From IMG/VR virus record IMGVR_UViG_3300048837_000378, positions 40,794 through 104,793 of that record: 64,000 bases of DNA, one strand, 5' to 3'. Source of the DNA: a virus (taxonomy: Duplodnaviria > Heunggongvirae > Uroviricota > Caudoviricetes). This document shows, piece by piece, positions 11,901 through 21,457 of the stretch (its first letter is position 1; every line of letters starts with the position of its first letter). The notes beneath the pieces are model-generated. The model worked only from the letters and a program-made list of their open reading frames with translations. It made no database searches and was not told the DNA's origin. The position numbers and the translations under genes were made by a program.

Positions 11901-13561
11901 TAGTTAATACTAAATCAGGGACTGTGACTCAACATACTATCTTAGCAGCAGAATCTCCGTTGAGTCTGACTGATGGTGAGAGTGCTTGGGTAACGATTGA
12001 TAGAACTTTAGCAACAGAGAATTTGACTTTAAATAAGTCAGGTACTCTAGCTGTACCGGCACAAACACAAGCTACTAAAGATGTTATTATTTTTGCTAGA
12101 AGACAAGATGCTACGGGCGCAGGTTATTTGCATCTACCTTTACATAAGCAGGTGTTGGAACCAGGTCAAACCGTTCGCTTAGGAGCTTCGGGCTCCGGTA
12201 GCGGAGGCGGAAATGAAATCCTAGAAACTCTTAAAAACAGTTTCATGGATAGTACTTTTGACTTAATGACTCCTAATATTTTTCAGACAAACACTGACGA
12301 TTTAATTGATTTGAGTTCTACTGGAGCTTACAGCCTAGTTGATAAAAGTTTTAACTTTACTGGCATTGGTCAAACTTTAGTGTCTGTTCAAATGTTAGAT
12401 GCTTTAGAGTTTTTAGCAGACCCAGATAATATTGGAGAGATTGAACTAGAAGTGTTCTGGCGCTTAGCGTCTATTGATACTGCTGCTACTTACGAAGTTT
12501 CCAGAAATGGCGGCAACGAATGGCAGACAATTGAAATGGACCGAGTAGGGTCAACTGAAGTTTATAGAGGCTTTCATAGATTTGAAACTGAAGCTTCTAA
12601 TCAAACTTTAGTAACTGTATCTCCTACGGCAGCTCCAATAAGCCTAAATGCTACGACTACGCAAGAGTTAGGTCAGAGTTTTGTATTAACTGAAGCTTCT
12701 CAGATTAGACGAGTATCTTTACAATTAAATAAAACAGGTTCTCCTGTAGGTAAGTTGACAGTTCAAGTTAGAACTGATTCCGCTGGCACTCCTAGCAGCA
12801 CTGTAATAGCTGAATCAAATATGATTGATATAGCTAGCCTGGGGGCAGGAGATATTACAGTAAATGCAGACTTTACGTCTACACTTGCTGCTGGAACGTA
12901 CCACACAGTACTCAAAACTGACGCAGCTTACAAAGCAGGCGCACTTACTTTGGGTTGGAGAACAGACTCCGGCTCTTTAGGTAATCAGTACGACGGAGCT
13001 GCGTGGACTGCTACAGGTTCTGAATTTGCACTGGATTTGCTGGGCATAGCTTTAGATTTACGAGTTAGGATTACTAGCTCAGTAGCTTCGGCTAAGTTAG
13101 ATGGTTATGGTATTCGTTACGACAAGATGGTCGGCGAGTACGTAACTGGAATAAAAGAAATAGAAGCTTTTATTTTTAGCGGAGACTTAAACACTGTAAA
13201 TTTCTTAGTTAGCAATTTTACTGTTAACCCAGAACTATTAAGAGTATACGACGTTAATAGCGGTCAAGTATATAGGTACGGAAGCTTTACAGTTGACGGC
13301 CAAACAGTTAAGTTTGAGTCTGGGCAATTCCTAGCTCCTGGAGAAACGGTTAAATTAGTTTTTGACCAGTTATCCGGCGGAGCATTTGATAATAGTGATT
13401 CAAACGCTAACTTGTTAGCTTCAAATCATTTAGGAAGTAACGACGCTACCTACGATAGGTCTGTTGCAGGCAGAGGTATTTTACTAAGACGTCCTGACGG
13501 AACTCTTAGAGAAATTACTTTAGACAATTCTGATAACATTGTTATTTTAAGTACGCCATAA
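8912..13561 (+). CDS. Large tail fibre / structural protein (1549 aa)
   Basis: Very long Ser/Thr/Gly/Asn-rich beta-type sequence with a GSGSGGGN linker. Sits in the fibre module. SD is AGAGGGTGA. Confidence 0.6.
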   Translation: MLRFNTYRSQRYLRSKFVEGKYLLASEGTDLQLELVDLLRKTVEAALGSDVAVKDAWKVEKLSATELLIKPGEAWVKGLPFAMRTGKDQLVSGAILSIGTVPVGVSVSDDANGEGKILTFNDGASTPTNDYKIIISAREELLTDVDDPFLKNVNLTESTAQKIRLIFQLNIVPVSLQTESPTPYRDETSTAGAPTNFPNVGGVASPNLVNQVSVTPDVGLNGEQISLTLVTGSEGIDGRDVEIVIRNDPGVGSGNPFPNSPVSQSAFSNGTLIDSNGNRYHVNAIFNDTVSTQLVIRVDKEPDQPNPEIVNTKAFTLIKRDVFVTDDVNGSPQGRLYWPVADVSFSTTNGIVHQSKITDLRNKLDEAQYYQNIVNQKFDLQLVEGGDLTYDNATSMFSWDADLKLINPYGSLQTIGASSVPLVDGGTLHYALNMAGGALQKGSLAINVTAFGATSTLSAVSLADIEVGNIVVDSAQVVAEITEIDDVNATITTSPALTANGAAFIYKDSYGPGKAPLSEKSYVLAARSGSKLYVGGSLELESGETSQIGDGVTAELLAFIGSTSETDQSPNYSNENYVSDGMSLVDGISALDLALFSLSGVVTAINWKAPVADYATLPLIGNSDGDVRITLDSRVAYSWDNANSIWKPLNGTGGGVKIISVDPWSNAVPTSAIQYDNTSFAINGGGAIPDYKTSSFTITQDMQIDSVETEIRNFLGYAGNWDVHIYADLAGEPDETNILATASLSATTVSGVFGLVTWTFGSPPILTPGTYHVGFNSTEVPGLAAQVRSVPTGFQSFDAGATWSATDGIGLIVYGTLLGVVLEFGGTDDAYLEIKGLDYVDNTIPWATESPIVFSNDYDVAYVVPNLTAGGPNLTVNVDTLANVPLQATIIARRVGTDVIVGSSSTLLKLGQSSLLYAQTSNQTLSYIGAPDTADSTPSYSSNIRGTSSENLTARAGVLTDILGDEQENRSAYFRSDLPITWTGTQLIFTDDIVLEIVNTKSGTVTQHTILAAESPLSLTDGESAWVTIDRTLATENLTLNKSGTLAVPAQTQATKDVIIFARRQDATGAGYLHLPLHKQVLEPGQTVRLGASGSGSGGGNEILETLKNSFMDSTFDLMTPNIFQTNTDDLIDLSSTGAYSLVDKSFNFTGIGQTLVSVQMLDALEFLADPDNIGEIELEVFWRLASIDTAATYEVSRNGGNEWQTIEMDRVGSTEVYRGFHRFETEASNQTLVTVSPTAAPISLNATTTQELGQSFVLTEASQIRRVSLQLNKTGSPVGKLTVQVRTDSAGTPSSTVIAESNMIDIASLGAGDITVNADFTSTLAAGTYHTVLKTDAAYKAGALTLGWRTDSGSLGNQYDGAAWTATGSEFALDLLGIALDLRVRITSSVASAKLDGYGIRYDKMVGEYVTGIKEIEAFIFSGDLNTVNFLVSNFTVNPELLRVYDVNSGQVYRYGSFTVDGQTVKFESGQFLAPGETVKLVFDQLSGGAFDNSDSNANLLASNHLGSNDATYDRSVAGRGILLRRPDGTLREITLDNSDNIVILSTP

Positions 13562-13571
13562 AGGAGAGATA

Positions 13572-14576
13572 ATGGGAAGTCCCGTAAATGTAATAACAGC
13601 AAATAAAAAAGCTAAAAATCTTCTTTATAATGGTGCCTTTGGTTTATTTCAAAGAGGTACTTCTTATACAAACACAGCTAACACTTTTTCTTATACGACT
13701 GATAGATGGGGATTTTTTCCAGGAGCTGTATCAAATTACACCTTAGCGAGAACTCAACATTCTAACCCAGGATATGCACTAGGTCATGGCAGAAATGCTT
13801 TGCTCGTGCAAAGAAATGTGGGAAATACGGCTGTAACTGGATTCCAATTTCAACAGTCATTAGAAAGAAGAGATTCTCAAGTATTGATTGGCAAACAAGT
13901 AACGTTAAGTTTTACTGCTTATAAAGGCGCAAACTATTCCGCCGCTGGGTCAATTTTAGCTTGTCAAATATTGTACACTTTATCAAATCCTGATACTAAC
14001 TACCTCACAGGTTGGTCAGCCCCAGTAGTTGCTATCTCACAAAATAACGTTTTAACAACACAACCTCAAAGATTTTCGGCAACGGTAACTTTGCCTACTT
14101 CTAATATAGTAGGAGTTGCTGTGAATTTTAGATTTGATACAGTTGGAACAGCCGGAGCAGCAGATTTATACGTTCTTGAAGACGTGATGTTAGAAGAAGG
14201 CCCAGTAGCAACTACTTTTGAAACTAGAGGTCAAACTTTTGCAGAAGAACTTCAGCTCTGCCAGAGATATTACGAGAAAAGTTACAATATTGACGTAACT
14301 CCAGGAACCGCTAGTAACCAAGGTTCAAAAGGATTTTCTTTAGGTGCAGGAATGTTGTTGCAATCTATTGGTTTAGTCTACAACGTTAGAAAAAGAGCCA
14401 CTCCTAGTATTGTTATGTACGATGAGTTAGGAGCTTCGGGAAAAGTTTCCCGATTTTCTGCTAATGGTGAAAATGCGTCCACATCAAGGTCCTCGGAAAC
14501 TGGATTTGAAGGCGGTAATGCTGGAACAGTGGATAGAGCTTTATATTTTCAATTTACAGCAGACGCAGAAATATAA
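13572..14576 (+). CDS. Receptor-binding tail fibre protein, paralog 1
   Basis: Shares the CQRYYEKSY motif and a C-terminal (F/W)TADAE(I/L) end with ORFs 17993 and 19094. SD is AAGGAGAG. Confidence 0.55.
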   Translation: MGSPVNVITANKKAKNLLYNGAFGLFQRGTSYTNTANTFSYTTDRWGFFPGAVSNYTLARTQHSNPGYALGHGRNALLVQRNVGNTAVTGFQFQQSLERRDSQVLIGKQVTLSFTAYKGANYSAAGSILACQILYTLSNPDTNYLTGWSAPVVAISQNNVLTTQPQRFSATVTLPTSNIVGVAVNFRFDTVGTAGAADLYVLEDVMLEEGPVATTFETRGQTFAEELQLCQRYYEKSYNIDVTPGTASNQGSKGFSLGAGMLLQSIGLVYNVRKRATPSIVMYDELGASGKVSRFSANGENASTSRSSETGFEGGNAGTVDRALYFQFTADAEI

Positions 14577-14585
14577 GGAGACATA

Positions 14586-15209
14586 ATGGGACAAATTTTA
14601 CTAGAAGATAAAACTCCTTATGGATTTGTCTATAAAATAACAAATATTGTAAACAATAAGTGTTATATTGGTCAAACTGTAAAGTCAGTATCTAGAAGGT
14701 TTATAGAACATAAAACAAAAAGTAATCCTTGTCATAAGCTAGCTAGAGCAATAAAAAAATATGGAAAGCGTAATTTTGTAGTTGAAACTTTGTGTGAATG
14801 TTTTTCTTTTGAAGAATTGAACAAAAAAGAAGTAGAGTTTATTGAAAAATATAATTCTATAAAACAAGGCTATAATATTAGGTTCGGCGGAGTAAAAGGA
14901 CGTTGGAACAAATCTTCTATAAAAAAGATGACTAAGAGTCAAATTAAACGTATGGAAGGTAAATATCCGACAGTATTGCAATACGACTTACAAGGTAATC
15001 TTGTTAGAGAATGGCGCTCTACTAGACAAATAACTAATGAGCTAGGATTAAAAATATCAGACTGTCTTAATGGACGTAGGTATTCAAGAGCTAATAGTGT
15101 TTGGGTTAGAAAAGGTAATGAGAGTTTGGTCCCAGAACTTATCAAAAAAGCTCAACCTAAACCAAAAAGAAAACTAGGAGAACCAAATGAGAATAGGTCA
15201 AAAAATTAA
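14586..15209 (+). CDS. GIY-YIG homing endonuclease
   Basis: GFVYKITNIVNNKCYIGQT ... RFIEHK ... YN GIY-YIG core plus a basic C-terminal DNA-binding region. Inserted between fibre genes. Confidence 0.8.
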   Translation: MGQILLEDKTPYGFVYKITNIVNNKCYIGQTVKSVSRRFIEHKTKSNPCHKLARAIKKYGKRNFVVETLCECFSFEELNKKEVEFIEKYNSIKQGYNIRFGGVKGRWNKSSIKKMTKSQIKRMEGKYPTVLQYDLQGNLVREWRSTRQITNELGLKISDCLNGRRYSRANSVWVRKGNESLVPELIKKAQPKPKRKLGEPNENRSKN

Positions 15210-15960
15210 AGAAGAAAAAATTGGAGCCTTATCTCACTCGTCTGGAGTTATTACTTTAGCTCCTAGTACTGTGAATATTGGCGGATTACAGATAGATACA
15301 GATAGTTTAAATAGAACTATTGCAACAGACGTTACTATGACAGCTAACTCATTGTACATGATTTACGCCGTACTTAGTGGCGGAGTGCCAGTTCTTAGAA
15401 TATCGTCTAACGTTAATAGCATAGGTCCTGCTGGATTTACTAGTTGGAAATTAGTTGGAGCTTTTTACGCTAATGGAGAAACTTCCGTAGCGTTTGGAAG
15501 TTTTGTCAATTTAGAAGGCGTTCCTACTACAAATTGGAAAAATTACGTTCCAACAGGAGCTTGGACTACGTTTACTACTTATACTGGACGTTGGAGGAGA
15601 GTCGCTGATTCCGTGGAAATTGATGTTGTTTTAAATTTTAGCGGAGCACCTGGAGGCCCAGCTAACCTCACAATTAATATGCCAACGAACCTTGTTATTG
15701 ACTCGGCAAAATTGGCGTCATCATCAAACGCCAGAGAGACGCTTGGTTCTGCTACAATCCTTGATTCAGGTGCGCGTGTTTACCTTGGAAATGTCACTTA
15801 TGCAACAACAACAACAGTAGAATTTACTCAGTCTGAGTCTGGCGGTTCCGGTCAAATTACTACTACAGCACCAATTACTTTTGGAGCATCGGACGCGATT
15901 GGCGGACGGTTCACAGTCCCCATCGTCAATTTCTCTAACATTCAACTGAAGGATTTATAA
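15187..15960 (+). CDS. Tail fibre protein
   Basis: Thr/Ser/Gly-rich. C-terminal ...IQLKDL ending is similar to ORF 16648 (...KLKDI). Overlaps the GIY-YIG 3' end by 23 nt. Confidence 0.5.
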   Translation: MRIGQKIKEEKIGALSHSSGVITLAPSTVNIGGLQIDTDSLNRTIATDVTMTANSLYMIYAVLSGGVPVLRISSNVNSIGPAGFTSWKLVGAFYANGETSVAFGSFVNLEGVPTTNWKNYVPTGAWTTFTTYTGRWRRVADSVEIDVVLNFSGAPGGPANLTINMPTNLVIDSAKLASSSNARETLGSATILDSGARVYLGNVTYATTTTVEFTQSESGGSGQITTTAPITFGASDAIGGRFTVPIVNFSNIQLKDL

Positions 15961-15961
15961 T

Positions 15962-16636
15962 ATGGCACTAGTACCTAGATTAGGAAAAAATCCTACAGTA
16001 CAAAAATTTACTTCAGGTTCTGGAACTTATACTACTCCTATTGGAGCAAAGTATCTCCGCGTCCGCATGGTAGGCGGCGGTGGTGGTGGCGGTTCTTCGG
16101 GAACAGCAAGTTGGGGAGCTGCTGGCGCTGGCGGTAATACTACTTTCGGAACTGCCTTGTTAAGTGCTGGAGGAGGTGGGGCTGGCGGACAAGCTGCGGC
16201 TGGCGGTGCTGGCGGAACAGGAAGTCTTGGAACCGGCCCAATTGGGTCAGTATTTATTGGCGGAAAAGGACAAGGGGCTGGAATTTTAGGCTCTGCTCCT
16301 TCGGCTGCAACACCTTCAATTATGGGTTCTCAAGGAGGTAGTTCATATTTTGGTGGAGCTGGTTCTGGCGGTGCCAATACTGCGGCTGGAACAGCAGGAC
16401 AAACAAATACTGGCGGTGGTGGCGGTGGAGCTGCCGCAGGAAATCTAGTTGTAAATAATTATTTTGGGTCTGGTGGTGGAGCTGGAGCTTATATTGAAGC
16501 GATTATCAATAACCCAAACTCCACATACCCTTACACTGTAGGAGCCGCTGGTACGGGCGGTAGCGCAGGAACTTCTGGACTAGCAGGCGGTGCCGGTGGT
16601 TCAGGTTACATAGAAATAACAGAATACTATTCATAA
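15962..16636 (+). CDS. Glycine-rich tail fibre protein
   Basis: Poly-Gly and GGAGG/GAGG repeats across the whole 224 aa, with a conserved N-terminal VPRLGKNP... ATGG overlap with the previous stop. Confidence 0.55.
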   Translation: MALVPRLGKNPTVQKFTSGSGTYTTPIGAKYLRVRMVGGGGGGGSSGTASWGAAGAGGNTTFGTALLSAGGGGAGGQAAAGGAGGTGSLGTGPIGSVFIGGKGQGAGILGSAPSAATPSIMGSQGGSSYFGGAGSGGANTAAGTAGQTNTGGGGGGAAAGNLVVNNYFGSGGGAGAYIEAIINNPNSTYPYTVGAAGTGGSAGTSGLAGGAGGSGYIEITEYYS

Positions 16637-16647
16637 AGAGGTAATAA

Positions 16648-17982
16648 ATGTCACTTACAGGTAAAAATACTTTAAGTCTGCGCAAAAAAGACGTTAATGA
16701 ACAACGTTCTATTGCAGTAGGCTTTAAAAAGCTTGTATTCGCTCATAAAGCCTCTTTAGGGGCCACAGGTATTGACCTTGGGAGTTTGACTACTCCCACT
16801 GAAATGTCAAGCCTAGGCTTCGTAAACGCTTCTACAGCGGATATGCTAGCTGCTAATTTAATGTTTTATAAAAAGAACTTAACTTTGACTAGTTCTTCTA
16901 GAAACTTGCTAATGCAAGATTTGAGTTACACAATCAAGTCTAACAGCCGAATCGAGTTTCAAGGTTTTACTGCCCTAGAAGGAGAAATCTTTATAGGGGT
17001 TATTGACGCTTCTGCGCGTACAGGTAACAACATAGTAGACGCTAGGCCAATTGGAGTTACTGGTACTCTAGGTATTGGAGTCACTGATTTCAACGTCGGC
17101 CAACCTTTTAGAGTCAACCACAACCCCAATACTCAAATTGGAGAAGTAATCGTATTCCGTAACGGCGTTCAACAGTTTAGAAACGTTGGAAATACTGTTA
17201 GCGGAGAGGGCAACTATTACGAAGTTCTTGCTGGCAACGGCCTAGGAGTAATAGTTAGGTTTAATAACGCCCCTTCAGGCGAAGCCGATAGCATTATGGT
17301 TATCAGTAACGGTTTGATTGCAGAACGACCTGACGGCTCTATGATGGCTACTATTGAAAATTTAGCCGGTCAGTTAGACCAAGTTATTCCTACTGTAGCG
17401 GCCTTAGCAGGCCAACCAGAAACTAACTTTCAAGCAGCTCCAAATAACGTAGACTTAAAAGCTTTTGGAGACAGAGTATTAGAATTAGAAAATAAAGAAG
17501 TTCCTATAGTTACTGAATGGCAAACTTACACGTTAATAATTGGCGCAACTACTACTGCTCCAACGGTTGCCGCTCCAGTAATTAATTCAGCTAAGTATCG
17601 ACGAGTTGGCGATTCTATGGAGATTTCATATCAACTTTATTCTGCTACTCCGGCTGGAACAGCAGGAACTGGCACATATTTATTTCCAATCCCTTCTGGA
17701 CACACGATAAACTCCAGTAAGGTTGGAATAGGCGTCGATTATAATACAGCTTCGGTTGTAGGTCCTGCTGGAGGTTATTCCTCTGTTGGAGGTCCTCAAG
17801 ACGGCACAGTTTGGGCTTATAATTCTACAAATCTAGCAATTGCTTTAGGTGACGCGGATTCTACTAAGAGCGCCATAGGTTCTGTTTATCTTCCACTAAG
17901 CGTAGTAGAAACTACATATATGTTTTTAGCCAAAGTGCCGATTACCGGCTGGGCTGCAACAGCTAAACTAAAAGACATATAA
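16648..17982 (+). CDS. Tail fibre / structural protein
   Basis: Sits in the fibre module. SD is AAGAGG. Has the C-terminal KLKDI motif. Confidence 0.5.
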   Translation: MSLTGKNTLSLRKKDVNEQRSIAVGFKKLVFAHKASLGATGIDLGSLTTPTEMSSLGFVNASTADMLAANLMFYKKNLTLTSSSRNLLMQDLSYTIKSNSRIEFQGFTALEGEIFIGVIDASARTGNNIVDARPIGVTGTLGIGVTDFNVGQPFRVNHNPNTQIGEVIVFRNGVQQFRNVGNTVSGEGNYYEVLAGNGLGVIVRFNNAPSGEADSIMVISNGLIAERPDGSMMATIENLAGQLDQVIPTVAALAGQPETNFQAAPNNVDLKAFGDRVLELENKEVPIVTEWQTYTLIIGATTTAPTVAAPVINSAKYRRVGDSMEISYQLYSATPAGTAGTGTYLFPIPSGHTINSSKVGIGVDYNTASVVGPAGGYSSVGGPQDGTVWAYNSTNLAIALGDADSTKSAIGSVYLPLSVVETTYMFLAKVPITGWAATAKLKDI

Positions 17983-17992
17983 GGAGCGTAAT

Positions 17993-19084
17993 ATGAGTTT
18001 AACTCCAAGATTAGATAAATTAGAAAAAAATTATATTATAAACGGCGACATGAGAATCTCTCAAAGGTACGTTACTGCTGCGGCTGTTGCGGTTGCTAAC
18101 AACACGTACACTTTGGACAGATGGAATTATAATAAAATATCTACAGCAGTACACACTATCACACAAGATACAGATGTTCCAACACCTGCACAAGTAGAAA
18201 GTGCTACTGGAGAAGCTTACCTTTTTCAAAATAGTATGAGGCTGAACCTGACAACCCCTGACACTTCAATTGCCGCAGGAGATGTAGTAAATATAAGACA
18301 ATTTATAGAAGGTTATAATTGGGCTAAAATTTCTCAAAAACCTTTCACTTTGTCTTTTTGGGTGAAGGCCACAACTGCTGGAACTTATTGCGTGAGTCTC
18401 ACTAATTCAGGTTTCAATCGTTCTTATGTATCAGAATACACAATAAATGCCACGAATACTTGGGAACACAAAACTATTAATGTAGACGCAGCCCCACTAG
18501 ATGGTACTTGGAATTATAGTACTGGTATAGGTTTGCGAGTGGCCTGGACATTGGCTTCTGGAACTGATTTTCAAACGACCCCTAATACTTGGCAAACTGG
18601 TGGATTTTTTTCTACTTCAAATCAAGTAAACGGAGTAAATACTGGAGCTACAGATTTCAGAATAACCGGAGTCATGATTGTTGAAGGTACACACGACCAA
18701 CCTGCTTTTACGACGTTTGGTAAAACGTTTGAAGAAGAGTTAATAGCTTGCCAAAGATACTACGAAAAGAGTTATGATTTAGGAGCTTCTGCTGGAGCTT
18801 TTCCTACTTATGCAGGCTCACATACTTGGCATGCCGTTGGCGCAACTAATAGACCTTTTACTACTTTGTATTTCAAAGTAGAAAAACGAGTAATTCCGAC
18901 AATCACTTTATATAATCCAAATGATGGAAATACTGTCAATCCTATATGGGACACACAAAATTCGACTAATCACGGTATAGCCTCTGGCGGAGTCTCTACA
19001 AAAAATTATTGGTTAACTCCAAGCGGAACACCAGCCAACAACGGTTCATTATATACGAATTGGGCTGTAGATGCAGAACTATAA
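17993..19084 (+). CDS. Receptor-binding tail fibre protein, paralog 2
   Basis: About 60% identical to ORF 19094 by eye (shared LDRWNY, VHTxTQDTD, LSFWVKATT, FRITGVM, CQRYYEKSY, W.VDAEL). SD is AAGGAG. Confidence 0.6.
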   Translation: MSLTPRLDKLEKNYIINGDMRISQRYVTAAAVAVANNTYTLDRWNYNKISTAVHTITQDTDVPTPAQVESATGEAYLFQNSMRLNLTTPDTSIAAGDVVNIRQFIEGYNWAKISQKPFTLSFWVKATTAGTYCVSLTNSGFNRSYVSEYTINATNTWEHKTINVDAAPLDGTWNYSTGIGLRVAWTLASGTDFQTTPNTWQTGGFFSTSNQVNGVNTGATDFRITGVMIVEGTHDQPAFTTFGKTFEEELIACQRYYEKSYDLGASAGAFPTYAGSHTWHAVGATNRPFTTLYFKVEKRVIPTITLYNPNDGNTVNPIWDTQNSTNHGIASGGVSTKNYWLTPSGTPANNGSLYTNWAVDAEL

Positions 19085-19093
19085 GGAGACATT

Positions 19094-20158
19094 ATGGCTA
19101 AATCACCAGAATTAGATTTAAGAGAAGATTACGGTCGTAATTACCTTTTGAACAGCGATATGAGATTGGCTCAAAGAGGAACATCTTTTACAGCAATAGC
19201 AAATGCAGCCTACCATTTAGACAGATATCAGTATAGTAAAGTTGGTGCAATGGTACATACAGTTACGCAAGACACCGACGCTCCAACCCTAGCTGAATCA
19301 GGATACTTGTTTCAAAATAGTTTAAGATATAATCTAACAACTCCCGACACTTCACTCGCAGCAGGTGATATTTGTACTATTAGACAATCAATTGAAGGGT
19401 ATAACTTTGCTAATTTAGCGCAAAAAAAGTTTACTTTATCTTTTTGGGTAAAAGCTACAACTCCTGGGATTTACTGCGTAGCTTTTTTGAATGCGGGTGT
19501 AGACCGTTCTTATGTTGCAGAATACACTATTACTTCTTCTGAAGTTTGGGAAAAGAAAACAATTACCGTACTAGCTTCACCTTCTACAGGAACTTGGAAT
19601 TATACTAATAGTCTAGGTTTGCGAGTTGTGTGGACGATTGCTTCAGGTTCTACTTATCATACAACTGCTGGAGCCTGGCAAACTGGAGAGTTTATTGCTA
19701 CTGCTAACCAAGTTAACGGCACTAACACTGGCTCCACAAATTTTAGAATAACCGGAGTCATGATAAACGAGGGCGCAGAAGCTTTACCTTTTAGAACAGC
19801 AGGTAAGACATTTGGCGGAGAGTTAGCTCTTTGTCAAAGGTATTACGAGAAAAGTTATAGCTTAGACGTTGTGCCTGGTGCTATTACTACTGCTGGCGCA
19901 GCACATTATTCCAGATATAACGGAACAAGTGTTACTCCTGGAGCTTATTTTAAAGTAGAAAAAAGAACTGCGCCTATAATAACACTTAGGGACACTGCTA
20001 GCGGAGCCGCAGGCAGTATAAGAAATTTGGATGCTAATAGCCCTGTTGCAGCCAGTGCAGTAGAAAGTACTACTTCTGCATTTTCTGTTGATACGGCTTT
20101 AGGTGTAGATACGACAGTGGCTTACAGGTATCAATGGACAGCAGACGCAGAATTATAA
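19094..20158 (+). CDS. Receptor-binding tail fibre protein, paralog 3
   Basis: Paralog of 17993 with the same shared blocks. SD is AAGGAG. Confidence 0.6.
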   Translation: MAKSPELDLREDYGRNYLLNSDMRLAQRGTSFTAIANAAYHLDRYQYSKVGAMVHTVTQDTDAPTLAESGYLFQNSLRYNLTTPDTSLAAGDICTIRQSIEGYNFANLAQKKFTLSFWVKATTPGIYCVAFLNAGVDRSYVAEYTITSSEVWEKKTITVLASPSTGTWNYTNSLGLRVVWTIASGSTYHTTAGAWQTGEFIATANQVNGTNTGSTNFRITGVMINEGAEALPFRTAGKTFGGELALCQRYYEKSYSLDVVPGAITTAGAAHYSRYNGTSVTPGAYFKVEKRTAPIITLRDTASGAAGSIRNLDANSPVAASAVESTTSAFSVDTALGVDTTVAYRYQWTADAEL

Positions 20159-20170
20159 TAGGAGTTAAAA

Positions 20171-20593
20171 ATGAAAACATTTATTATCGTTAAAAAAGAA
20201 ACCCTAGAAATTATGGGTTCTTACGAAGCAGAACAAAAGGACGATACTAGTGCTAATCGTTCTTGGCTCCAAGCGGAGCCTATGGCGGCACACTTAGAAC
20301 TTACTGAAGGTCTTGATAAAGATACTTGCGAAGCTTATATGGACGGCGAACAAATGAAACTTCGCCTATCAGAAGCAAAAGTAGACGCCCAATTAGAAAT
20401 GGCGTGGACAGTATTACGTGATAAACGTGATGCTAAACTTACTGAGACTGATAAATTCATGTTACCAGATTTTCCAATTAGCGAAGGTAACAAAGCTTTA
20501 ATTGAAGCTTATAGAGAAGCCCTTAGAGACCTACCCTCCCAAGTTTCTGACCCAAGAGACGAAGTAGAGTGGCCAACTAAACCTAACGTTTAA
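20171..20593 (+). CDS. Tail fibre assembly chaperone (Tfa/gpG-like)
   Basis: C-terminal ...YREALRDLPSQVSDP..VEWPTKP resembles the tail-assembly-chaperone signature. Lies immediately after the fibre genes. Confidence 0.55.
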   Translation: MKTFIIVKKETLEIMGSYEAEQKDDTSANRSWLQAEPMAAHLELTEGLDKDTCEAYMDGEQMKLRLSEAKVDAQLEMAWTVLRDKRDAKLTETDKFMLPDFPISEGNKALIEAYREALRDLPSQVSDPRDEVEWPTKPNV

Positions 20594-20603
20594 TAAGTAA
20601 TTT

Positions 20604-21239
20604 ATGCTTATTGACTCATTAGGCTTACCTCAAGACGAAGGCGCTACTGATAAAATGGATAGCGCCAGACTTGCCGGAATGATGGCCATAGTTAATCACC
20701 CTTTAACTCCAGACCTTACGTCTTATGTTATAGGCAATTTAGCAGTTAGGCACCCTCAAGAAGTACCCTCCAATAATCCTTTAAACTTCACCAGAGACCA
20801 GCTAATGTGCTTGGTGGCAGGGTTACGTAAACAAGGGCACCTAGAGGCTTGTAGAGCGTTATACGAGGCTGCAAAGACTAGAGGCTGGTTTGCCCAGAAC
20901 TCTGAAGCTGACCACCCTGGAACCGTTAAAAAATTTCCTAACGGGAGAGACTACCTTTCGCCCAGTAATAGAATGGTCCTGGCTATTTGCGCCGGACACA
21001 AAGGTAATATTATAGGTTATGCTTGGTTAGCTATGGATTTAGCCTATAACGCTATAATCACTCCTACAAGAGAACCTAATCAACTATTAGCTCAACTAAG
21101 CGTAGTTAGCCCTAAATGGACTAAGGCGTACAAGTTAATGACTCCTAAATGGAGAGAGGCTATTAGAGGTTACTGGAGCGGTTGGAGAAAAGAACCAGCA
21201 TTAGCTGAAATACTAGTCACTCACTTTGAAGGTGTGTAA
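20604..21239 (+). CDS. Hypothetical protein
   Basis: ORF of 211 aa with no recognisable motif. Confidence 0.4.
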   Translation: MLIDSLGLPQDEGATDKMDSARLAGMMAIVNHPLTPDLTSYVIGNLAVRHPQEVPSNNPLNFTRDQLMCLVAGLRKQGHLEACRALYEAAKTRGWFAQNSEADHPGTVKKFPNGRDYLSPSNRMVLAICAGHKGNIIGYAWLAMDLAYNAIITPTREPNQLLAQLSVVSPKWTKAYKLMTPKWREAIRGYWSGWRKEPALAEILVTHFEGV

Positions 21240-21457
21240 TGTCTATAAGGTCGTGTAAAAGGTGCTTAACTCACTTGTTATGTCACCCTAACGACAAACT
21301 TAGGCACTCAGGTTGGAAGAAATGTCCTAGTTGTAGCTGGAGCTGTGATAAGGACGGTTATAATTTAATTGACAAAAAAGAGGAGAAAGTCAGTGGAGAA
21401 GAACAGCCTATTGTCGCTCATTCTTTTAATAATCAACAAATTGATAGGAAAAAATAG
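21239..21457 (+). CDS. Small Cys-rich (zinc-ribbon-like) protein
   Basis: CKRC...CPSCSWSC cysteine pairs. ATGT overlap with the previous stop. Confidence 0.35.
   Translation: MSIRSCKRCLTHLLCHPNDKLRHSGWKKCPSCSWSCDKDGYNLIDKKEEKVSGEEQPIVAHSFNNQQIDRKK

Noticed and set aside
16060-16460. Repetitive ggcggtggtggt tracts considered as a possible CRISPR/tandem repeat array
   Set aside because: They are in-frame Gly codon runs of a glycine-rich protein with no spacer/repeat regularity.
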